This document shows positions 49,132-57,835 of a stretch of 64,000 nt of DNA, one piece after another. This DNA is from a virus: the IMG/VR virus record IMGVR_UViG_3300046028_007828, positions 1 to 64,000 of that record; one strand, written 5' to 3'. Below the pieces are notes generated by a model. The model was not told the origin of the DNA. It did no database searches and saw nothing but the letters and a program-made list of their open reading frames with translations. The stretch's first letter is position 1, and every line of letters begins with the position of its first letter. The position numbers and the translations under genes are program-made.

Positions 49132-50781
49132 ATGAGCAAGGATATTTACTGGTTAAACAAAGATTCTGTCACATTTCTTGAACGAGGATATCTTCCCAAA
49201 GGCCAAACCGCCGAGGAAAGAATTCACGAAATCGCAAAAGCGGCAGAAAAAATTCTAAAGAAAAAAGGATTTTCCGACAAGTTCGAGGCATATATGCATA
49301 AGGGATGGTATAGTTTATCATCTCCGATATGGGCAAATTTTGGAAATGGTCGCGGATTGTCTATTTCGTGTAACGGTTCATATGTGTCTGACACAATGAC
49401 TTCTATTCTGGAAAAAACTGCCGAGGTTGGTATGCTCACAAAGTACGGTGCCGGTACCTCTGGATACTTTGGAGAACTGCGTGCAAGAGGCACTCCAATT
49501 AGCGTTGGAGGAACCAGTTCCGGTCCTGTTCATTTCATGGAAATGTTTGATAGCGTGACGAGAGTGGTTTCACAATCAAACGTTCGTCGCGGTTCATTTG
49601 CAGCATATATGCCGATTGACCACCCGGATATTATGGAATTCCTTGGTATTCGCGAAGAAGGTCATGCTATTCAAGATTTGAGCATTGGCGTTTGCGTAAG
49701 CAATAAGTTCATGCGCAAGATGATTGATGGGGACAAGGATGCTCGGGGTGTTTGGGCCAAGGTTCTTAAGAAACGGTTCGAGTCTGGATATCCTTACATT
49801 TTCTTTAGTGACAACGTAAATGATAATGCTCCTCAAGTATACAAGGACAAGAAGATGAAGATATATGCTTCCAATCTTTGTTCCGAAATCTGCTTGAGTT
49901 CTTCACCAGATGAAACATTTGTTTGTAATCTATCGTCTATGAACCTGCTTCATTATGACGATTGGAAGACAACGGATGCAGTCGAAACACTGACATACTT
50001 CCTCGATGCTGTGATGGAAGATTATATTCATGCAACTGAAAATATTCCATTCCTCAAGGCCGCTCATAATTTTGCTAAAAATCAACGTGCTCTTGGTATT
50101 GGCGTATTGGGTTGGCATTCTTATCTACAAAGCAAGATGATTGCTTTTGAGAGTATGGAATCCAAAATGCTCAACACCCAAATACATCGCGTTATTCGAG
50201 ACAAGAGTATTGCTGCAAGTAAAGAAATGGCAAAGGAATATGGAGAACCGACATTGTTGAAGGGCTACGGATTGAGAAATGTCACTACGATGGCGATTGC
50301 TCCAACTACGAGCAGCTCATTTATATTGGGTCAAGTATCTCCTTCGGTCGAACCGCTTAACAGCAATTATTATACAAAAGATTTGGCTAAAGGCAAGTTC
50401 ACTTATCGTAATCCATATCTTGAAAATGTATTGGAAAAGCATAATAAGAACACTCAAGAAGTGTGGAAGACTATTTTGCATAAGGGAGGAAGCGTCCAAC
50501 ATCTTGAGTTCTTGAGCGACCACGAAAAAGAAGTATTTAAGACTTTCGGTGAAATTTCACAAAAAGAAATTATAATTCAAGCGGCATCACGACAAAAGTA
50601 TATCGACCAAGGGCAAAGCATAAATTTGCAAATTCATCCAAAAACATCTGTGAAGGATGTAAATCAACTAATGATTTTTGCTTGGGAACAGGGCGTAAAG
50701 TGCCTTTATTATCAACGAGGAACCAATCCTGCCCAAGAATTGGGGAGAAGTATCTTAGACTGTAAGAGTTGTGAAGCTTAA
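49132..50781 (+). CDS. nrdA: Ribonucleotide reductase alpha subunit, short, no ATP-cone
   Basis: SSPIWAN, SC, RRGS, GYPY, SNLCSEI, VCNLSS, IAPTTSSS, DQGQS.N, LYY, C-terminal CKSCEA. Confidence 0.95.
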   Translation: MSKDIYWLNKDSVTFLERGYLPKGQTAEERIHEIAKAAEKILKKKGFSDKFEAYMHKGWYSLSSPIWANFGNGRGLSISCNGSYVSDTMTSILEKTAEVGMLTKYGAGTSGYFGELRARGTPISVGGTSSGPVHFMEMFDSVTRVVSQSNVRRGSFAAYMPIDHPDIMEFLGIREEGHAIQDLSIGVCVSNKFMRKMIDGDKDARGVWAKVLKKRFESGYPYIFFSDNVNDNAPQVYKDKKMKIYASNLCSEICLSSSPDETFVCNLSSMNLLHYDDWKTTDAVETLTYFLDAVMEDYIHATENIPFLKAAHNFAKNQRALGIGVLGWHSYLQSKMIAFESMESKMLNTQIHRVIRDKSIAASKEMAKEYGEPTLLKGYGLRNVTTMAIAPTTSSSFILGQVSPSVEPLNSNYYTKDLAKGKFTYRNPYLENVLEKHNKNTQEVWKTILHKGGSVQHLEFLSDHEKEVFKTFGEISQKEIIIQAASRQKYIDQGQSINLQIHPKTSVKDVNQLMIFAWEQGVKCLYYQRGTNPAQELGRSILDCKSCEA

Positions 50782-50798
50782 ATACTATAAAAACATCA

Positions 50799-50826
50799 CA
50801 AACCGCCGATAACTCGGCGGTTTTTT
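50799..50826 (+). terminator. Terminator after nrdA
   Basis: AAACCGCCGA-TAAC-TCGGCGGTTTTTT. Confidence 0.85.
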
Positions 50827-50945
50827 GTTTCTCATTATTTTAAGGAAACTCCCCGGTATTATATGATTTTTAATAGTATTTAGTATAAATTTATAAGCGA
50901 AATTGAGAGTTAGGAACTATTTATATACTAAACGTATATACACTT

Positions 50946-51653
50946 ATGAATAGAGACGAATTAAAACAAGCCATCAAAAAGATTATATTACAAGAAATCA
51001 CCAATAATCAGTTTGGTACTCCAAACCACGCCGACGATGTAGAAGGCGCGAAAGCGGTCGATAAGCTAATAGGCAAAGATGGTAAGACCATAAGTTCTCC
51101 GGGGACCGGTAAGGTTGTTGGCGATAAGAAGAATCATAATGTAGCATTTTCTCGTCAGAGCGATGATAACTACGACGTAGTGTCAATCACAAATGGGTCG
51201 GATAGAAAAACCGCTAAAGGATTGACGTTGGACAATGCGGTCAAGTTTGCTAAAGACCACGCGGATACATCCGACACCTCATACGTTGAAAAAGCCCGCG
51301 CCAAGTCTATAAACTCCGGCAAAGAAATAAAACCGGAAAACCGCGATTCCAAGGTCGAAGACACGATGGAAGAGACTGATGAAGATACACAGAAAGATAT
51401 TGCGGACGACAATGACAAGAAAGCGGAGGAGAAAGTTGATAAAGATTTGGCTCCGGTAAATTCAGATGTAGCTAGCCAGATGGGTGGAGCATTGGTGGAT
51501 AAGATTGAAAAAATTATTGACCGAGTCCTTAAAGGAAAAGACAAAGTGGAGCCAAAGACGGCGTATTTAAAAACCGACTCTAAAATGGAAAGTCCTGACA
51601 AATTAACTGTCAAAGACAAGGGAACCCCTGCATTTAAAGAAAAAAAGAAATAA
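50946..51653 (+). CDS. Charged hypothetical protein with the shared N-terminal motif
   Basis: MNRDELKQAIKKIILQE; TATTTATA at 50918. Confidence 0.55.
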   Translation: MNRDELKQAIKKIILQEITNNQFGTPNHADDVEGAKAVDKLIGKDGKTISSPGTGKVVGDKKNHNVAFSRQSDDNYDVVSITNGSDRKTAKGLTLDNAVKFAKDHADTSDTSYVEKARAKSINSGKEIKPENRDSKVEDTMEETDEDTQKDIADDNDKKAEEKVDKDLAPVNSDVASQMGGALVDKIEKIIDRVLKGKDKVEPKTAYLKTDSKMESPDKLTVKDKGTPAFKEKKK

Positions 51654-51656
51654 CAT

Positions 51657-52151
51657 ATGAAAAAATCTGAACTAGCGGAGTTGATTGCCGAAGTTATCTC
51701 AGAAATTAAATTGGACGAAAAAAACAGGTGTTGGACTGGTTATAAACCCACACCCGGCGTAGCGCCATATGAAAAAGGTAGTTGTGAAAAAGTTGAGGAG
51801 AACGATAATACCGAATCGGAAGATTTACGCGGCAGAGTAAAAGAAGTTGTCAAGGGAATGGTAAGAGAAATATTTCAAGGCGAACTTGATGAGGGTGGCA
51901 CTGCTGACAAAAAAGGACACAAAAGTAAAAAAGGTGGACTTACTCAAAAAGGAAGAGATTCGTATAACAAAAAAACTGGAAGCAATCTTAAAGCTCCCGT
52001 CACAAAATCACATCCAAAGGGCAAAGATAAATCACGTAAGGCATCATTCTGTGCAAGAATGTCTGGGGTAGAGGGTCCAATGAAAAAACCAAACGGCGAA
52101 CCAACCCGCAAGGCTTTGGCCCTGCGCAGATGGAAATGCCAAGAAGAATAA
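51657..52151 (+). CDS. Basic hypothetical protein (DUF6321-like C-terminus) with the shared N-terminal motif
   Basis: MKKSELAELIAE; CWTGY...KGSC; GGLTQKGR...GSNLKAPV...RKASFCARM...PTRKALALRRWKC. Confidence 0.65.
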   Translation: MKKSELAELIAEVISEIKLDEKNRCWTGYKPTPGVAPYEKGSCEKVEENDNTESEDLRGRVKEVVKGMVREIFQGELDEGGTADKKGHKSKKGGLTQKGRDSYNKKTGSNLKAPVTKSHPKGKDKSRKASFCARMSGVEGPMKKPNGEPTRKALALRRWKCQEE

Positions 52152-52175
52152 TAATCTTAATCCTATCACTCAATC

Positions 52176-52204
52176 AAAAAACCCACCAAATCAGGTGGGT
52201 TTTT
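52176..52204 (+). terminator. Terminator
   Basis: AAAACCCACC-AAATCA-GGTGGGTTTT. Confidence 0.8.
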
Positions 52205-52235
52205 ATTTTTAGTACTAAAAAATGATAAAAACTGC

Positions 52236-52263
52236 TTGACTTTCTATATCCGCCGTGTAGGAT
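52236..52263 (+). promoter_or_regulatory. Sigma70-type promoter for rIIA
   Basis: TTGACT-N16-TAGGAT. Confidence 0.6.
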
Positions 52264-52285
52264 GTGCGACGTAATAACTTAACAC

Positions 52286-54475
52286 ATGATTATCGCCCAA
52301 ACACAATCGTCTCCTGTTCTGACCAGTGCAACCGCCACACCGTCCCGCTTCAAGATTAAAGCGAGTGCGAAGGCATTCAAAATCCTCTCTGGATTTTATT
52401 CCGAGCCGGTGCTTGCTATTCCCCGTGAGTTGGGCGCAAACGCGTGGGATAGCCACGTTAAGGCCAAAAACACGGCAACCCCGTTTCAAGTCCATGCTCC
52501 AAATACTCTTGAGCCGTGGTTCTCTGTTCGCGATTTTGGTACCGGACTTAGTCCCGAACACATCGAGACTATTTATACCACGTATTTTGAGTCCACCAAA
52601 ACTGCGGACAACGACTCCGATGGATGTATGGGACTTGGCAGCAAGACTCCGTTCAATTACACCGACAATTTTAACGTAACTTCTTGGGTCGACGGGGTCA
52701 AGCATGTCTATAACTGCTACATTGACGAGACTGGTAGTCCGAATATCCTGCACATCATCACCGAACAATCTTCCGAGCCCAATGGGCTGGAAGTTAAGTT
52801 TGGTGTTAAGATTGCCGAAATTTCGATGTGGATTGACAAAATTACCCGAGCTTACGAACCGTTTCGCCACCGTCCAAAAATTGTCGGCGCAAATATCGAA
52901 TTTGCTCCGCGAGTTTATCTTTATGAAGGCAAGAATTGGGGGTATCGCAATACACAAGGTTATTATACTAATCGCTCGTGTAATGCATTCATGGGAAATT
53001 ATTGCTATCCGGTTTCTCATCAAGCGATGCGGTCTGCCATCTATGCTGCGTCTGCCAAGGGCTACATTCCCGGCGTAGAAAACGCATTTAGTTACGGCGG
53101 GTTCGATTTCTTTTTTGACATCGGTGATATTGAAGTCGCACCAAATAAGGAACAACTTCAATATGAGGATGGTAATAGCACGGCAGAAAAGTTGCTGGAA
53201 GCAGCAACACGTGCCATCGAAGAGTTGAAGGCGCAAGTTAAACAATCCGTGGAAGTTCCGACCAGTCGATGGAATGCAATGGAATTGCACAATAAATATA
53301 ATGGGTACAACAACAAGTATACAAACATCAAGAATTTTATTGGCGACATTTCAATCTCTTACAATGGCGTTACGATTGATTCACCCAACGATAATGTATC
53401 GCGGGTGCATAGCGCACTCGGCCTACTGACTGCGTCAAGTGTCCTTGCGCCTTTTCAACTTCACCTGTTGGAGAGAATCAATGGAAAATTCAAGCGGACT
53501 GGTACCTACTGTCCACACGCTGATGGGAAGGAGATTGTGATTTTTTATACGAATTCTGATTCCATTAAAAAGGCGCGAGTTCGCCACTATCTCAACACCA
53601 AGTATCCGACGGGTGCGATTCCACTCTGCTACACAGTTACTGATTTGTCTAACAATGCTGCTACATTTTTTGCACACCAGAAATATTTCGGTTGGAATGA
53701 TGCATCCATAGTCAACATCGAAACTCTTCCAAAGCCACCCGCCACCCCTCGCCAAGCTCGTACGGCGACTACTGATGAAATCTTTTATTATTCCTTGGCC
53801 GAATTCATCAAACCGATTAAGAATCGTACTCCGCATGCATACAGGGCATCTCGCGCCGAAGCGATTGATTCGAAAAATACTTATTATTACGTCGATTTTT
53901 TGTACTCTGACGCTATGTGGAATGGTAAAAATATTAGTGATGTTATGACACCACTTCTTTCTGCGTTCGTGGATAATAAATTGAATGGCAAGGAAATCGC
54001 GGTTTTTGGCATCAATCGAAAGAATCTTCATCTGATGAAGGTTGGTACGTGGATTAATGTTGCCGACGAAGTTGCTAAGGTCTTGAAAAATGATAAGGCA
54101 AAATACGAAGACGAATATTATCGCGCAACGAACACAAGCGATGCCCATAATTATTCTAGTTTGTATAACAAACTTATTCGGAGTAAGTCCGAACTCGCAA
54201 ATATCGCTCGCGTTTCCACCCGGAAAATGTTAGAGGATTTTATGAGAGCATATTTGGATTCAACAAAGCTGAATCTAGTTTCGCACGAAACTATCATGTT
54301 TTATAAAATATTTGGGGTCGAGTCCAAGTCTCACGCAAAATGTGGATTTGATTACGTAAAGTTTCAGGCCGACATTGAACAAAAATACATGGGCGTTTTT
54401 GACATTGTTTCCGACTATTCCAATGTCACACATGGGATTGTGAAAATCATCAACTTTATCGACAAAAATTCCTAA
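52286..54475 (+). CDS. rIIA: rIIA-like protein (GHKL ATPase N-terminus)
   Basis: KAFKILS..YS....A.PREL..NAWDSH, VRDFGTGLS, YFESTK, G.MGLGSKTPF.YTD.F.V, EPNG.EV; followed by rIIB. Confidence 0.85.
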   Translation: MIIAQTQSSPVLTSATATPSRFKIKASAKAFKILSGFYSEPVLAIPRELGANAWDSHVKAKNTATPFQVHAPNTLEPWFSVRDFGTGLSPEHIETIYTTYFESTKTADNDSDGCMGLGSKTPFNYTDNFNVTSWVDGVKHVYNCYIDETGSPNILHIITEQSSEPNGLEVKFGVKIAEISMWIDKITRAYEPFRHRPKIVGANIEFAPRVYLYEGKNWGYRNTQGYYTNRSCNAFMGNYCYPVSHQAMRSAIYAASAKGYIPGVENAFSYGGFDFFFDIGDIEVAPNKEQLQYEDGNSTAEKLLEAATRAIEELKAQVKQSVEVPTSRWNAMELHNKYNGYNNKYTNIKNFIGDISISYNGVTIDSPNDNVSRVHSALGLLTASSVLAPFQLHLLERINGKFKRTGTYCPHADGKEIVIFYTNSDSIKKARVRHYLNTKYPTGAIPLCYTVTDLSNNAATFFAHQKYFGWNDASIVNIETLPKPPATPRQARTATTDEIFYYSLAEFIKPIKNRTPHAYRASRAEAIDSKNTYYYVDFLYSDAMWNGKNISDVMTPLLSAFVDNKLNGKEIAVFGINRKNLHLMKVGTWINVADEVAKVLKNDKAKYEDEYYRATNTSDAHNYSSLYNKLIRSKSELANIARVSTRKMLEDFMRAYLDSTKLNLVSHETIMFYKIFGVESKSHAKCGFDYVKFQADIEQKYMGVFDIVSDYSNVTHGIVKIINFIDKNS

Positions 54476-54539
54476 AATAAGATTGACAAATAACAAAGCG
54501 ACACATAATATATTCAACGTTAAGCAATAAAAACTAAAA

Positions 54540-55586
54540 ATGAGCAACACTAAAACTAATATCCCGTACGTCATCAAGACGAATGGTTCCGTAACACTCT
54601 ATCTTAAGAGCGAGTGTCTTACTGTGGCAACAGACCACCCTAATTATAGCAAGATTATCGCCGCAATCAAGGCGGGGGAGTTCGACGAGATCGAGAATCT
54701 GGTGAATGTTGCAAAGGCAGTCACCCAGTATTCTGGCAATCGCATTGCCGTCATCAACGGACAAATTTTTGTGAATGGATTTGTTGTACATAATACTCTC
54801 ACCGACCGCATTTTGAAGATGATGACGGAAGGATTTAAGTTCGACCATATGATGAAGTTTCTCGAAAACTTGATGGAAAACCCATCGGCGCGTTCGGTTA
54901 ACGAAACTTATTGGTTTTTGGAGAACTATGGATTGCCAATCACCGAGGACGGCTGTTTTCTCGCGTACAAGGCCGTGAAAAATAACTATACCGATATCTA
55001 CAGCGGTAAGTTTGACAATTCTATCGGCAAGGTCGTTGCAATGCCACGAAATATGGTTGATGATAATTATGGCGTCGATTGTTCTCAAGGACTGCACGTC
55101 GGGGCGCTGGATTATGTGGTCGGATATGGTCACTTTACCAAGGGTGAAGTGCGTGCCGCCGATGGCAATCGACTTCTGATTGTCAAGGTTAATCCTAAGA
55201 ATGTTGTTTCTGTGCCGAAGTACGAAGGGCACACGAAGATGCGGGTATGCGAATACACCGTTGTTTCTCAAATTACCGACATTGTGAAGGAATTGGACAA
55301 GGTGGTTTACACCGCCGACGCCGTCGAGATTTCTCCCGATTACGATAATTCTGATTGTGGATGCTCGGACAACTGCGGACTTGACAATGCAGACGATTAC
55401 ACCGACGATTACACCGACGAGACCGAGGGCGATGACTCCAACAGTGAATATAGTATTGGTTACAAGTTGGGGTCCGACGACATTCTGTCTGGAAAAGAAT
55501 ACCAGTTTTCACTTGACGGAAATGAAACGGACGAATTCCACGACGGATATTCCGACGGATATTGCGATAACGAAGTCACCCAGTAA
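54540..55586 (+). CDS. rIIB: rIIB-like protein with acidic tail
   Basis: F..NL..NPS, FL....LPIT.DGCFLAYK.V, MPR..VDD....CS.GLHVG, VKVNP..VVSVP, KMRVCEY.V. Confidence 0.88.
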   Translation: MSNTKTNIPYVIKTNGSVTLYLKSECLTVATDHPNYSKIIAAIKAGEFDEIENLVNVAKAVTQYSGNRIAVINGQIFVNGFVVHNTLTDRILKMMTEGFKFDHMMKFLENLMENPSARSVNETYWFLENYGLPITEDGCFLAYKAVKNNYTDIYSGKFDNSIGKVVAMPRNMVDDNYGVDCSQGLHVGALDYVVGYGHFTKGEVRAADGNRLLIVKVNPKNVVSVPKYEGHTKMRVCEYTVVSQITDIVKELDKVVYTADAVEISPDYDNSDCGCSDNCGLDNADDYTDDYTDETEGDDSNSEYSIGYKLGSDDILSGKEYQFSLDGNETDEFHDGYSDGYCDNEVTQ

Positions 55587-55617
55587 GCAATTATAAACAA
55601 TCATAAACAATAAAATT

Positions 55618-56022
55618 ATGCCAAATACAACAAATAAAACTAAGAAAACTCCCATTAACATCGAATGGCCCGAAGGACATTTCACCATTGATGAAATGTG
55701 GCAAAAAGTCGGAGGAGTTGCGGTAATCCCAGCAATTACTCTCCGGTTCCGGCTCAAGAAGGCCGAGGCCGATAACAAGTTGGTGGCCATCGGCAAGATT
55801 AAGCCGGTCATTGGCCGTCCAAAGCTGGTGTACACCAAGGCGAACCCGTCCAAGGCAGTTCTCGATGCGGCAAAGGCCGCAGGAGTCCTCGAACTGGTCG
55901 ATAAGAAGTCCACCGTCTCGGTGGGGGATGTCACATCCGACAAGAAGAAGGCGGTGGTGCCAGCAACTGCAACGGTCGCCGCCACAGCATCGACAGTGTC
56001 CGAACATACGCCAACTGTTTAA
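55618..56022 (+). CDS. Basic hypothetical protein, possible winged-helix DNA-binding
   Basis: WP..HFTI..., ITLRFRL..., GRPKLVY. Confidence 0.5.
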   Translation: MPNTTNKTKKTPINIEWPEGHFTIDEMWQKVGGVAVIPAITLRFRLKKAEADNKLVAIGKIKPVIGRPKLVYTKANPSKAVLDAAKAAGVLELVDKKSTVSVGDVTSDKKKAVVPATATVAATASTVSEHTPTV

Positions 56023-56042
56023 AAATAACGTTATTACAACCG

Positions 56043-56075
56043 AAAACCGCCGACAAGAAATTTGTCGGCGGTTTT
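56043..56075 (+). terminator. Terminator
   Basis: AAAACCGCCGACAA-GAAAT-TTGTCGGCGGTTTT. Confidence 0.85.
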
Positions 56076-56087
56076 CTATTTATACGC

Positions 56088-56720
56088 ATGGACAAAATAC
56101 CAGTGCAGTACAAGAAGATACCATTGAACGAGGATTTATTTTACAAATTCAATATGGGAAAAGGTCATTATGTATTATATGACTCTGGAATGGGAGACCC
56201 TGTATCTTATGGACAAATAAATAAAGTAGATGCGCCACTCGTTGCAGAGGCCGAAAAAATTAAAGTTGGAAAGCGCCGTGCGTTTTATGTTTTGGATTAT
56301 GTCATGAACAACAACGATGGATGGAAACTTGACCCAGCAAAACCAAATGAAATGCAAAAAAATCCACCACCCAATTTCATGATGGGAAAAGGCAATTTTA
56401 AAATACCAAAATTGAAAAACGATTGGAGTCTCAATGAAAAACAATTTTATTGGTTTGATATGAAAGACCGACAAGTATTATATGACTCAGATATGGGAAC
56501 CCCTGTGTCGTATGGAAGCAATGAACTTGTTAAAGGTTCGATTAAAGGCATAGCAAAGGCAGTTCGAGAAGGCAAACATAGCAAATGTATAATCTGGTAT
56601 TTTAAACGGGAAATGAACGGACAGTGGAAAAAACATATTATGCCTATAACTTTGTCGTGGACACTGGATGATACAGAAAAACGAAATATAGTTAATGAAA
56701 AAAAGAATAGTCAAGTGTAA
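56088..56720 (+). CDS. Hypothetical protein with an internal domain duplication
   Basis: LNE..FY.F.M....VLYDS.MG.PVSYG occurs twice. Confidence 0.6.
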   Translation: MDKIPVQYKKIPLNEDLFYKFNMGKGHYVLYDSGMGDPVSYGQINKVDAPLVAEAEKIKVGKRRAFYVLDYVMNNNDGWKLDPAKPNEMQKNPPPNFMMGKGNFKIPKLKNDWSLNEKQFYWFDMKDRQVLYDSDMGTPVSYGSNELVKGSIKGIAKAVREGKHSKCIIWYFKREMNGQWKKHIMPITLSWTLDDTEKRNIVNEKKNSQV

Positions 56721-56756
56721 GATTTAGTTGACTAACGCAAATAAACAAGTAATATA

Positions 56757-56966
56757 ATGTATATGATTATTGATATATTGTCTATGGTGAAGAGTTGGGA
56801 CATGGGATACCAATTCTTTTTTGTTATTATAATAGCAACATTGGCTACATTTATAGGATTGGCTATCACGGGCGTTGTGGGAGATTTTTTAAACTGTACA
56901 ATACCGACATTGGCCCACGGTCGTCCCGTAGAAACCGAAGATTCTTCGGGTGAATCTGGCAAATAA
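56757..56966 (+). CDS. Small membrane protein
   Basis: One hydrophobic segment, FFFVIIIATLATFIGLAITGVV; TTGACT promoter-like element at 56728. Confidence 0.5.
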   Translation: MYMIIDILSMVKSWDMGYQFFFVIIIATLATFIGLAITGVVGDFLNCTIPTLAHGRPVETEDSSGESGK

Positions 56967-57006
56967 TTGCCGATTAAGTAAGGCAGTTCACTAATTATAG
57001 TGGTCT

Positions 57007-57819
57007 ATGAGCATAATCCTACCATTTAATACAAATTTCGCCGGTAATCCGGACGGGCTAATTGATGGTCAAAAGGGAACTCTATTCTACAAGAATGGTA
57101 ATTTTTATAAGATAAATTATTCTGGAAGTGCGCATGATAATTGGCATACGGTTGAATTTCAAGCATACAAAACCCCGACATATTTGCGAACAGAAGCGGA
57201 TGAAAAATTAGTAGAATACGACCAGTCAACATATCTATACATTAAAAATAGCAATCTTGGAATACTCACCGGCTGGGAATTATTGAGCAACAAGGCGGCG
57301 TTCATTCCAAAGGAAACTCCTACTCCAACCACAACGCCGACGCCAACGGTTACTCCGACAGTTACTCCGACGGTCACAACTACAACGACGGTCACTCCGA
57401 CGACTACTACCACACCAACGGTAACCCCGACGACTACTCCGACAACTACTCCCACGGTTACTCCGACAATCACGGTTACTCCGACAATCACGGTTACTCC
57501 GACGGTAACTCACACGCCAAGAGCGTCCGCCACACCATTTCCAACGCTCACGGCAACTAGAACTCCGACGCCGACGCCAACGGTCACTCCGACAGTTACT
57601 CCGACGGTCACTCCGACTGTATCGTATTCTCCCACACCCACCCCGACATTAACCCCGACCCCGACCGTCACGCCCACAATTACTAATACTCCCACGGTCA
57701 CGCCCACACACACCGTGACGAGAACACCAACTCACACACCAACTCCAACTCCCACAGTAACGCCGACATATGGTGGACTGATGGGATATGCACCGGGCGG
57801 CTATATGATTTTTCCATAA
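57007..57819 (+). CDS. Mucin-like Pro/Thr-repeat protein
   Basis: About 150 aa of TPT/TVTPT repeats (57315-57770) after a short globular N-terminus. Confidence 0.7.
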   Translation: MSIILPFNTNFAGNPDGLIDGQKGTLFYKNGNFYKINYSGSAHDNWHTVEFQAYKTPTYLRTEADEKLVEYDQSTYLYIKNSNLGILTGWELLSNKAAFIPKETPTPTTTPTPTVTPTVTPTVTTTTTVTPTTTTTPTVTPTTTPTTTPTVTPTITVTPTITVTPTVTHTPRASATPFPTLTATRTPTPTPTVTPTVTPTVTPTVSYSPTPTPTLTPTPTVTPTITNTPTVTPTHTVTRTPTHTPTPTPTVTPTYGGLMGYAPGGYMIFP

Positions 57820-57835
57820 ATTTTTACTAAATGTT

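Noticed and set aside
52244-54148. Minus-strand ORFs of 348 and 237 aa opposite rIIA
   Set aside because: Antisense shadows of a well-supported gene, with no recognisable motifs.
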